DNA of 64,000 nucleotides from contig OZ241855.1 in assembly GCA_965202785.1 (NCBI GenBank), positions 1,248,001 through 1,312,000 of the forward strand, given 5' to 3'. Source of the stretch: Thermodesulfobacteriota bacterium (GTDB taxonomy: Bacteria > Desulfobacterota_D > UBA1144 > Nemesobacterales > Nemesobacteraceae). The notes under the pieces were generated by a model. That model was not told the DNA's origin. It searched no databases and saw only the letters and a program-made list of their open reading frames with translations. Made by a program: the position numbers and the translations under genes. Positions 38,614 to 47,171 of this stretch are shown here, in pieces. How positions within the stretch are numbered: the first letter of the stretch is position 1; every line of letters begins with the position of its first letter.

Positions 38614-39792
38614 ATGAAAAACACACCGGGATTTCTATTAAGCGGCGTATCCGCCGGGCTTAAGAAAGACAAAAAGAGGGATCTGGCGCTTATATTCTCA
38701 ACGGTTCCGGCCCGCGCGTCCGCCATATTCACGAAAAACTTAATAAAAGGCGCCCCCGTGCTTGTTGGGCAGGAGAGAATCGCAGGTGGGTTCTGTCAGG
38801 CGCTGATAATAAACAGCGTAAATGCCAACGCTTTTACGGGCCAAAGGGGCTATGAAGACTCACTTGAAGTTGCGAACACGCTCTCCGGGCGGCTCGGTAT
38901 AGATGAATCGCTCGTGATCCCTTCGTCAACCGGGGTTACAGGGGAATGGCTGCGCGTCGGGAAAATCAAAAAGTCCATTCCCAAGCTCATAAAAGGTCTT
39001 GGAGAAGACAATGTCCGCGAGGCGGCCGAAGCCATCATGACGACCGACTCCTTTCCCAAGTACGCATCAAGGCAGCTTGCCGTGGGAGAAAAGACCGCCA
39101 CCGTCTCGGCTATCGGCAAGGGGGCGGGGATGATATGCCCTGACATGGCGACCATGCTCTGTTTTATAATGACCGACCTTAATATTGAGCGGAAAGCTCT
39201 TTCAAAAGCTCTTTTGGCAGCGGCAGGCGGCTCTTTTAACGCCATAACGGTTGACGGGGACACTTCCCCCAACGACTCCGTTTTTATCCTCGCGAACGGG
39301 GTTCTGGGAAACAGGCAGATCACGGAGAAAAGCGGGGATTACGGCAGGTTCGTGGACGTGCTTTCGTCTTTATGCGGGGAGATCGCCGAAATGATAGTAA
39401 GCGACGGCGAAGGGGCTACGAAGGTTGTCAGGATCAATGTTACCGAAGCCAGAACCGAGAGAGACGCCGAGAAGATCGCGAGGACTATAGCCACTTCCCA
39501 GCTTGTTAAGACCGCGTTTTACGGAGAGGACGCGAACTGGGGAAGGATAGTGGCGGCCGCCGGAAGGGCCGGCGTGAAGTTCGATCCGGAAAGAATAAAG
39601 CTTCATTTTGGCGGAGTGGAGGTGTTTTCAAAAGGGATAAGGTCCAAACCGGAATCAAGGTTTGCCTCCGTGTTCAAAAAACCGTCCTTTACCGTGACAC
39701 TTAGCCTCGGGGAGGGGGAAGCGGCCTACTCGATTCTCACAAGCGACCTAAGCCACGAGTACGTCTCGATCAATTCCGATTACAGGACCTGA
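38614..39792 (+). CDS. argJ: Ornithine acetyltransferase/N-acetylglutamate synthase
   Basis: NANAFTG, STGV, IMTTD, KGAGMICPDMATML cleavage site, DGEGATK, NWGRI. Confidence 0.96.
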   Translation: MKNTPGFLLSGVSAGLKKDKKRDLALIFSTVPARASAIFTKNLIKGAPVLVGQERIAGGFCQALIINSVNANAFTGQRGYEDSLEVANTLSGRLGIDESLVIPSSTGVTGEWLRVGKIKKSIPKLIKGLGEDNVREAAEAIMTTDSFPKYASRQLAVGEKTATVSAIGKGAGMICPDMATMLCFIMTDLNIERKALSKALLAAAGGSFNAITVDGDTSPNDSVFILANGVLGNRQITEKSGDYGRFVDVLSSLCGEIAEMIVSDGEGATKVVRINVTEARTERDAEKIARTIATSQLVKTAFYGEDANWGRIVAAAGRAGVKFDPERIKLHFGGVEVFSKGIRSKPESRFASVFKKPSFTVTLSLGEGEAAYSILTSDLSHEYVSINSDYRT

Positions 39793-39829
39793 CCCGGGGG
39801 GCCTCCGGCGGAGACTCTGCCCTTCATGC

Positions 39830-40516
39830 TTAGGCTTCGTCCGCAAACCCGTTTTTTTCTAGACGCCTTCCGGTACGGTATTCGGCGTATCTCGTGAGAA
39901 CCCTTATGTTGTTTTTTACCTTCTCTGGGTTTGTGTCCATGATTTCAGGGCGTCTCATTATGTCCATGTGGAAGGGGTAGACGTTTCTTTTCCCGCGTGT
40001 TTTCTCAAGATTGCCGAGTCTCCCGTTCTCAACGTCAAACCCCGAGATGTCTTTTTCCTTGTCAAAACGCAGATCGGGCCTGTAGCCGCAAATGGTAAGC
40101 GCGCGTAGGAGGAAAACGAGAAAAACGGAGTACGGTTCCCGTTTTTTTGAAAGAAGCCCCAGTGTGTCCGCGGCGAGGTCGAACAGCTTGTCTGCGGGTT
40201 CCTGCTCGGGGACGAGGAAATCAAGGAGCTCGAGAACTCGGGTTGCCGCGACGAAAGAGTCAATCGATTCCGCTATCTCCCTGTAGCTTTCCTTAAGTGT
40301 AACGTCCCCGATGAGATTGAATCTTCCCTTGTTCAGGGTTACTTCGATTGCCAGGCGGTTAAAGAAATCGAGACGTCCTCCAAAGCGCTTTTGGCTTCTT
40401 TTCGCGTTTTTGGCAAGCGCCCTGAATTTTCCGAGTTCCCTTGAGAAAAGGGTTACCAGGAGATCGGCTTCCCCGTAACTTGATTTTTTTAAAATCAGTG
40501 CTTCAATCGTGTACAT
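39830..40516 (-). CDS. recO: DNA repair protein RecO
   Basis: YGEADLLVTLFSRELGK..AKNAKRSQKRFGG OB fold and GYRP motif. Confidence 0.9.
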   Translation of the reverse strand: MYTIEALILKKSSYGEADLLVTLFSRELGKFRALAKNAKRSQKRFGGRLDFFNRLAIEVTLNKGRFNLIGDVTLKESYREIAESIDSFVAATRVLELLDFLVPEQEPADKLFDLAADTLGLLSKKREPYSVFLVFLLRALTICGYRPDLRFDKEKDISGFDVENGRLGNLEKTRGKRNVYPFHMDIMRRPEIMDTNPEKVKNNIRVLTRYAEYRTGRRLEKNGFADEA

Positions 40517-40601
40517 CGTCTTTCAAAATGCAACTATGGGGAAGCCAAAATTAGCGCTTAGTCCAGAATCCATTTTCATTTTTCTTCTCCACAAGCCTGT
40601 C

Positions 40602-40700
40602 CAAACCATAGTAAACCTGATCCGGCGTTTTTATATCAAGTTCCTGATGAGTCTTCTTCTCATTGTCCCTTGCAATCCATCGCAATCCGGTGTATTTCTT
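40602..40700 (-). mobile_element. Possible IS3-family transposase C-terminal remnant
   Basis: TGLRWIARDNEKKTHQELDIKTPDQVYYG resembles the integrase-core tail W...YN..RPH..LG..TP..VY; very short. Confidence 0.5.
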
Positions 40701-40706
40701 CTTTGC

Positions 40707-41178
40707 GGTGAGGTAACATATGATCCATCGCAAGGGAGAAAGACCCTTGACCAAGCGACCGAGGACAATCACCGCCGCGTCAGGATTGATGCTTATAACG
40801 TGGGTTTGTGCTTTGAATATCCAAATCAGTGGTCAAATATTGACGACGAGATCAAGCACTGGCTGTTTGTCCTCCCCATTGATGAACGTACAACCCGGGC
40901 CTTTTTTTGTCCTGTTTGAGATTATCAAGCTTCTCTTGATACCTGTTCGCATTCCCTGCTTTGCGATGATCCCGGTCTTTAAGACCGCGAACCGCATGCT
41001 CATCGGCCCTTTGCTGGGACAGGATTGCGTTGCGGTTGAGGAAAAGCAACAGGGTTGCGAGAAACAATGGGATGCCCCACTGGTCGAACTGAACCCCGTG
41101 GTTCGGGAGTTCCCAAAAGTTATCATGCGGAAGTGGCGGGACCACTTGTCGCAAACCGAAGGAGGTGCCCATGGTTGA
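40707..41178 (+). pseudogene. C-terminal remnant of a Rieske-type oxygenase, frameshifted at T7 run 40902-40908
   Basis: One frame gives LCFEYPNQWSN..KHWLFVLPIDERTTRAFF, then another gives LLGQDCVAVEEKQQG...ELNPVVREF..RKW. The stop overlaps the SD/ATG of the sterol reductase. Confidence 0.55.
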
Positions 41179-42265
41179 CTTCAATCTTTCATCGGCGGCG
41201 CTCGCCGGGGAGGCCATGTTCGAAGCCGCGATAATGGTGTTCGTGTTCGTCTTGGTCCTGTTCGCCGGGTCGATGGTGCTGCCTGGACGCACCGGGTCAG
41301 GGCCGGATATTGAAGGTAAACAGCAGGTTTATAAACTCAACGGTCTCACCTTGTTCCTGAGTGTGGTGGTGCTCTGTTGCCTCGCCCAGGTCTTCGGCCT
41401 GTTCTCGCTGTCTACCATACATGACCGATTCGCCGCGTTGTTTGTCGTGGCAAACGGATTTGCCTTTGTTTTGGCCGCCTTGCTCTATCTGTCGGGACGG
41501 CGCGCCCGTGGCGCGGTGCCGGGGACGGGGCGTGGGTTCTTCTTAGGCCTGGATCACACCCCTAATTGGCTGGGAGTGGACCTTAAGCTGTTTAGCTACC
41601 GTCCCTCGCTCGTGGCGCTTGCCCTCATCAACGCATCGTTCGCCGTGGTGCAATACGAAAAGTACGGTGAGCTGACGTTGGCGATGGCGGTGTACCAGCT
41701 TCTCACTTTCCTGTATCTCTTCAACTACTTCCAGTTTGAATACGGCATGACTTATACCTGGGACATGATCAGCGAGCGCTTTGGATGGCTGTTGATATGG
41801 GGTGATTACGTGTTAGTGCCATTTTTCTACTGCCTGCCCGGCTGGTGGCTCATTCACTCACCGGATTCCCTCTCCACAGCCGGCGCCACCGCGATCATTC
41901 TGTTGTTCCTGTTCGGAGGCTGGATATTCCGGGGCGCAAACGAACAGAAGCACCGCTTCAAGCTGGATTCCAAGGCGATGATCTGGGGCAAGCCGGCCGA
42001 ATCCCTGGAAGGTCGTCTGCTGGTTTCGGGCTTTTGGGGTGTCGGACGACATCTCAACTATACAGGCGAGATCCTCATCTACTTCGCCTTTACGTTTACT
42101 ACCGGGTTCGGGTCCTGGGTGCCGTATCTGCTTCCCGTGTGGCTCGTCGTTCTGTTGTGGCATCGATCGAGACGCGACGACCGCCGTTGCCGCGCGAAGT
42201 ACGGTCGGCTTTGGGAACTGTACACCCAGCGGGTACGCTACATCCTGATCCCGTTTATCTACTGA
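41171..42265 (+). CDS. ERG4/ERG24-family sterol reductase, most like plant FACKEL delta14-reductase
   Basis: YKLNGL, VDLKLF, TWDMISERFGW..WGD..VPF, FRGANEQKHRFK, LLVSGFWGVGRHLNYTGE, HRSRRDDRRCRAKYG..W..Y; SD GGAGG before ATG 41171. Confidence 0.92.
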   Translation: MVDFNLSSAALAGEAMFEAAIMVFVFVLVLFAGSMVLPGRTGSGPDIEGKQQVYKLNGLTLFLSVVVLCCLAQVFGLFSLSTIHDRFAALFVVANGFAFVLAALLYLSGRRARGAVPGTGRGFFLGLDHTPNWLGVDLKLFSYRPSLVALALINASFAVVQYEKYGELTLAMAVYQLLTFLYLFNYFQFEYGMTYTWDMISERFGWLLIWGDYVLVPFFYCLPGWWLIHSPDSLSTAGATAIILLFLFGGWIFRGANEQKHRFKLDSKAMIWGKPAESLEGRLLVSGFWGVGRHLNYTGEILIYFAFTFTTGFGSWVPYLLPVWLVVLLWHRSRRDDRRCRAKYGRLWELYTQRVRYILIPFIY

Positions 42266-42278
42266 GGGGTTCTGGTTT

Positions 42279-42410
42279 ATGTTGCGTAGCGATTTCCGTA
42301 AGCCGGGCGAGAGGGTTCCAGAGCTTTCCGGTGGGTGGCCGTTTATCGGCCACCTCCCGGAGTTCCAGAAGGATCCGGTCGCCCTGCTGAGCCGTGGCGC
42401 CCAGCGACAC
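42279..42410 (+). pseudogene. N-terminal fragment of CYP51-like cytochrome P450
   Basis: VPELSGGWPFIGHLPEFQKDPVALLSRGAQRH matches the CYP51 N-terminus P..SGG.P..GH..EF..DP; truncated by an IS remnant. Confidence 0.7.
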
Positions 42411-42411
42411 C

Positions 42412-42590
42412 TCGGAAATCAACTCTTTGTAAGTCAATCCTCTCTCCACAACGCCACCGATCGATTCTTTAATCTGTTCCATCGTATCCAACTGGCGGAC
42501 GTTTGTGCGACCCGCAAACTCATCAAGATATTTCTGAAAATGTTTAGCCGATATTTTGTGATAGGTTCAGGAGTAACCCCGCTTGAGCAG
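42412..42590 (-). mobile_element. IS1595-family transposase C-terminal remnant
   Basis: LLKRGYS*TYHKISAKHFQKYLDEFAGRTNVRQLDTMEQI..GLTYKELI, with a stop at 42567-42569. Confidence 0.85.
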
Positions 42591-42827
42591 GTGCATGCTT
42601 TTCTCGAAGCCTTGCCGCGATGGTTTGAATCTCTCGTTCCCTCGGTGCGGTTGCATGAGACGGCTTTCGAAATGGTATGCGTTCTCGGTCACCCGGTCTA
42701 CGATTGCCAGTACCTCGCACTTGCGGAGAGGGAGGAAATCCGTATGATCACAGCGGACAGCCTTTTCGTCAACAGGGTCCGCCGTTCACGATGGAGAGAC
42801 CGGATCGAGAACTTGGGCGGAGACTGA
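42585..42827 (+). pseudogene. C-terminal half of a PIN/VapC toxin
   Basis: LGHPVYDCQYLALAEREEIRMITAD motif; N-terminal PIN Asp is missing. Confidence 0.78.
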
Positions 42828-42835
42828 ATCTAGGG

Positions 42836-43678
42836 ATGACGCTTCTAAAAAATCTCTCGGGGTTCCTGAGAATAGAACATACGTTTTTTTCCCTTCCGGT
42901 TATCTTCGCGGGAGCTTTTCTTGCCGCCGGCGGGATATTCAGCGCCCGGCTTTTCGTGCTGATAGTGCTCGCGGGAACGGGGGCGAGGACCGCTGCGCTT
43001 GCGCTTAACAGGATCTTTGACCGGGAAATAGATCGAGAGAACCCGAGAACCATGCGGAGAGAACTTCCCTCGGGCAGGATGAACATGGTCGAGGCTTTGG
43101 CCGTGGCGGCTGTGGGAGCCCTGCTCTACTTTGTCTCCGCCTATCTCATATGTCCGCTTGTATTCCTCCTCTCCCCGCTTCCGCTTGTGGCGTTTACGGT
43201 CTATCCCTTGATGAAGAGATTTACCAGCCTCTGTCATTTCGGCGTGGGACTCTCTCTCGCGCTCGGTCCGCTCGGCGGATGGCTTGCCGTGAGGTGTTCC
43301 CTCGAGGAGATGCTTCCGGCAGTCGTGCTTTCGGTTTTTACTTTCCTCTGGATTTCGGGCTTTGACATAATATACGCCACCGCCGACGAGGAGTTTGACC
43401 GCCGCCGCGGAATTTACTCGCTTGTTGCCCGTTTCGGCAGGCAGAGGGCGCTGCTTGTCTCGAGGGTCTCTCACCTGCTTTCGTTCGCCTGCCTCGTGTT
43501 TCTCTATCTTCTTTCGTTCCGGACCCTGTCTGCACTTTTGCCGCTCTTGCTCTGCGGCTACCTGCTTTACCTTGAGCACAGAAGCTTCGGGCAGGTTGAT
43601 TCCGCTTTTTTCAGAACCAACATCCTGATAGGTTTTGCGGTTTTGTTTTTCACCCTCGCGGGTATATACTTACCCTAA
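42836..43678 (+). CDS. UbiA-family prenyltransferase (MqnP-like)
   Basis: IEHTFFSLP, NRIFDREIDRENPRT..RELP, GFDIIYATADEEFD; operon with ubiX, ubiD and mqnE. Confidence 0.9.
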   Translation: MTLLKNLSGFLRIEHTFFSLPVIFAGAFLAAGGIFSARLFVLIVLAGTGARTAALALNRIFDREIDRENPRTMRRELPSGRMNMVEALAVAAVGALLYFVSAYLICPLVFLLSPLPLVAFTVYPLMKRFTSLCHFGVGLSLALGPLGGWLAVRCSLEEMLPAVVLSVFTFLWISGFDIIYATADEEFDRRRGIYSLVARFGRQRALLVSRVSHLLSFACLVFLYLLSFRTLSALLPLLLCGYLLYLEHRSFGQVDSAFFRTNILIGFAVLFFTLAGIYLP

Positions 43679-43680
43679 CC

Positions 43681-44232
43681 ATGAGAACCATAGTAGGAAT
43701 TACTGGAGCTTCCGGAGTCGCCTACGGAGTTGATTTTCTCAGAAGATGCCCCGACGAGAAATACCTGGTGGCAAGCAAGTGGGGAAAGAGGGTCCTTCAC
43801 GAGGAACTCGGCCTCAAGGTTGAGGAAATGCGCCCCTGGGTAACCGATATTTACAGTGATTCTGACCTCGCGTCCCCGTTCTCTTCGGGAAGCAACCATT
43901 TCGACTCCATGGTCATAGTGCCCTGTTCGGTTTCCACCCTGGCGAAAATCGCAAACGGCATAGCCGATACCCTGATAACGAGAATAGCCGCCGTGGCGCT
44001 AAAGGAAAAAAGAAGGCTCATAATCGCCCTGCGCGAGACGCCGCTTGGCACTATCGCCCTTGAAAACGCCCTTAAGCTCTCCCGCGAGGGAGTGGTGATC
44101 GCTCCTATTTCTCCTACTGATTACATGGGGGCCGAGTCGGTTTCAGACGTGGTGGGCGGTTATGTTGACAAGCTTTTGGGTCTTGTCGGCGTCGATACCG
44201 GCAGGGGATGGAAAAGGGAAGAACTGGAGTAG
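43681..44232 (+). CDS. ubiX: Flavin prenyltransferase UbiX
   Basis: VGITGASG, SSGS, PCSVSTLAKIANG, LKEKR..RETPL. Confidence 0.93.
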   Translation: MRTIVGITGASGVAYGVDFLRRCPDEKYLVASKWGKRVLHEELGLKVEEMRPWVTDIYSDSDLASPFSSGSNHFDSMVIVPCSVSTLAKIANGIADTLITRIAAVALKEKRRLIIALRETPLGTIALENALKLSREGVVIAPISPTDYMGAESVSDVVGGYVDKLLGLVGVDTGRGWKREELE

Positions 44233-44241
44233 CCTTTTCCC

Positions 44242-46017
44242 ATGCCCCCAAAAGGTTTTCCCAATCTAGAAAGCTTTATAAGCCATCTTGAAAGCATAGG
44301 CGACCTGAAGAGAATAAAGACCGAGGTCTCTCCCGATCTTGAGATAACGGAGATAGCGTCGCGGACGGTGAAGGAAGGCGGTCCCGCTCTTCTGTTTGAA
44401 AATGTCGAGGGATCGGACTTTCCCCTGGTGATAAACCTCTTTGGCACGGAGCAGAGAGTGGAGCTTGCTCTCGGCAGAAAGCCCTCGGATGTCGGCGAGG
44501 AGCTCGTCGAGATATTCCGCAAGGTGAATCCTCCGACGATACAGGGGATTTTTTCCGTGCTTCCGAAAGCCACAGGCCTTCTCTCCATGAGAACCAAGAA
44601 GGTAAGGCGCGGCGATGTTCAGCAGATTGAAACAGAACCCGATCTCTCCAGGCTTCCCGTTATGAAATCCTGGCCGCGCGACGGAGGAAAATTCGTCACT
44701 TTCGGCCTGGTGCTGACGAGGGACCCCGCCACGGGCTCTAGAAACCTCGGGATCTACAGGCTTCAGGTATATGACCGCAGGACCACCGGGATGCACTGGC
44801 ACGCGCACAAGGGAGGAGCGGCGCACTACCACGAGGCGAAAAAACTGGGAAGAGACCTGGAGGCCGCGGTAGTCCTCGGGGGGGACCCGAGGATGATCTT
44901 CTCCGCGGTTGCTCCGCTTCCCGACGGCATGGATGAGCTTGCGTTTGCGAGCTATCTTCGGGGAAGCCCGATGCCGATGGTAAAAGGAAAGAGCATCTCG
45001 CTTCACGTTCCTGCCGAGGCGGAATTCATACTGGAAGGCTCAGTTCCCAGGGACGTGCTGAGACAGGAAGGACCCTTCGGGGATCATTTCGGTCACTACT
45101 CGATGGAGGCCGATTTCCCCGTTTTTAACCTGAGCGAAATAACCCACAGAAGAAATCCTGTTTATCCTTCCATCGTGGTCGGCAAACCCCCCAAGGAGGA
45201 TGTCTACCTTGGTATTGCCGCCGGCGAGATGTTCTCCCCGCTTATACGGATAATACAGCCCGAGGTAAAGGACATGTGGGCGTATCCCGAGGCGGGATTT
45301 CACAACCTTCTCGCTGTTTCCGTTGACGAGCGCTATCCCAAGGGCGGGATAAAGGCAATGCTGGCGCTCTGGGGAACGGGGCAGCTTCTTCTCACAAAGT
45401 GCATGGTCTGCGTTTCAAGCGACGTTGACCCGAGAGATTTCTCGGCGGTGCTTCACGAGATCGGGGAGAACTTCGATCCCAGGGAGGATTTCCTCATGAT
45501 ACAGTGGGCTCCCCTCGACACCCTTGACTTCACGAGCAACAAGTTCAACGTGGGAAGCAAGATGGGAATAAACGCCGTAAGGAAAAACTCCCCCGAGAGA
45601 AAAACCTACGCCAGGGAAGTTCCCGACCCTAGGGAAAAACACCCGGAGATAACGGGATTCAGGCTTCTTTCGGGAGGTTTCTGCGTCGTGCGGGTAGATG
45701 AGTCCCGGACTGACCCCAAGGGGATGATACGCAGGCTGTTCGATACTCCGGGGCTTGAGGGGGTGCGCATAATCGCGCTTGTGAGCCCGGATATAGATTT
45801 AAATGATGACACGGAGCTTATCTGGGGTATCTTTACTAGGTTCGATCCTTACCTGGATGTTCTGTTTGAACATACGGAGCTTCGTGGTTCGGCGGTCGTT
45901 TACGACGGCAGGATGGGGATTGACGCCACCGTGAAGCATTGGTATCCCCCGGTAATAGAGATGTCAGAGGATATAAAGGACAAGGTTGAGACGAGATGGA
46001 GCGAGTACTGGAACTGA
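44242..46017 (+). CDS. ubiD: UbiD-family decarboxylase (menaquinone biosynthesis type)
   Basis: EVSPDLEITEI, GGPALLFEN, RNLGIYRLQV, EGPFGDHFGHY, GKPPKED. Confidence 0.92.
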   Translation: MPPKGFPNLESFISHLESIGDLKRIKTEVSPDLEITEIASRTVKEGGPALLFENVEGSDFPLVINLFGTEQRVELALGRKPSDVGEELVEIFRKVNPPTIQGIFSVLPKATGLLSMRTKKVRRGDVQQIETEPDLSRLPVMKSWPRDGGKFVTFGLVLTRDPATGSRNLGIYRLQVYDRRTTGMHWHAHKGGAAHYHEAKKLGRDLEAAVVLGGDPRMIFSAVAPLPDGMDELAFASYLRGSPMPMVKGKSISLHVPAEAEFILEGSVPRDVLRQEGPFGDHFGHYSMEADFPVFNLSEITHRRNPVYPSIVVGKPPKEDVYLGIAAGEMFSPLIRIIQPEVKDMWAYPEAGFHNLLAVSVDERYPKGGIKAMLALWGTGQLLLTKCMVCVSSDVDPRDFSAVLHEIGENFDPREDFLMIQWAPLDTLDFTSNKFNVGSKMGINAVRKNSPERKTYAREVPDPREKHPEITGFRLLSGGFCVVRVDESRTDPKGMIRRLFDTPGLEGVRIIALVSPDIDLNDDTELIWGIFTRFDPYLDVLFEHTELRGSAVVYDGRMGIDATVKHWYPPVIEMSEDIKDKVETRWSEYWN

Positions 46018-47102
46018 CCGAGAGCTTCTGCACAGACCCGAACCTGCTTCCCATAATGGAGAAGGTCGCCGGGGGCCGCAGGCTTTCCTTTGAAGACGGG
46101 CTTTCGATACTTGGTTCCCCCGATCTTAACACCGTCGGCAGGATGGCGGATTACGTTAAGAGAAAGAAATCGGGAGAAAAGGTCTATTTCGTCGTGAACC
46201 GCCACATAAATCCTTCCAACATATGCGCCATATCGTGCCGGTTCTGCGCTTTCGGGACCACGAAAAAGTCCGCAAACGCCTATGAGCTCTCAGACGAGCA
46301 GATGCTTTCCATGCTGAGCGAGGAGATGAAGGAAGTTCACATAGTCGGTGGACTTCACCCCGACTGGGAGTTCGATCATTATCTGGACATAGTGAAGATG
46401 ATAAAGCGCCACTTTCCGAGCATTCACGTAAAAGCTTTCACCGCGGTTGAGATCGACTGGTTCTCGGAGATAAGCGGCCTTTCTCTTAAGGATGTGCTTC
46501 TCGCCCTTCAAGACGCGGGCGTTGACGCACTTACGGGCGGGGGAGCGGAGATACTGCACGAAGAGGTGAGAAAGAAGATCTGCGCGCCGAAAACGGTTGC
46601 GACAAGATGGGAGGAAATCCACCGCCTGGCTCACACGCTCGGCATCCCTACGAACGCCACCATACTCTACGGCCATCTTGAAAAGCCTTTCCACGTTGTT
46701 GACCACATGGAGAGGCTGAGAAGAATAGAGGACGAATCCCCGGGCTTTTTCGCGTTCATCCCCGTTCTTTTCCAGCCTGAGAACACGGGTCTTAAGGACA
46801 TAAAGCCTTTCCCAGCCTCATACGATATGAAGGTTCACGCGCTTGCGAGGCTCTATCTTGACAACTTCCCTCACATAAAGTCCTACTGGATCACCCTCGG
46901 CGAAAAAGCGGCCCAGGTGGCCCTGCATTACGGCGCGAGCGACGCGGACGGAACGATAATGAGGGAGAAGATCATCCACGACGCGGGCGCCCCTTCGGAA
47001 GTGGGTCACAGCAGGGATTTCATGATAAAGATGATCCGGGATTCGGGATACGTTCCCGTTGAGAGGGACGCGCTTTATAACGAAATAAGGGTGTACAACT
47101 GA
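45996..47102 (+). CDS. mqnE: Aminofutalosine synthase (radical SAM)
   Basis: NRHINPSNICAISCRFCAF, EVHIVGGLHP, GGGAEI, DNFPHIKSYW motifs. Confidence 0.88.
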   Translation: MERVLELTESFCTDPNLLPIMEKVAGGRRLSFEDGLSILGSPDLNTVGRMADYVKRKKSGEKVYFVVNRHINPSNICAISCRFCAFGTTKKSANAYELSDEQMLSMLSEEMKEVHIVGGLHPDWEFDHYLDIVKMIKRHFPSIHVKAFTAVEIDWFSEISGLSLKDVLLALQDAGVDALTGGGAEILHEEVRKKICAPKTVATRWEEIHRLAHTLGIPTNATILYGHLEKPFHVVDHMERLRRIEDESPGFFAFIPVLFQPENTGLKDIKPFPASYDMKVHALARLYLDNFPHIKSYWITLGEKAAQVALHYGASDADGTIMREKIIHDAGAPSEVGHSRDFMIKMIRDSGYVPVERDALYNEIRVYN

Positions 47103-47171
47103 TAAATAAGTTCCAGTGAAACTAAACAACTTTCGAAGAAGAGTTATATCAAAAATCACGAGTGAGACTAG

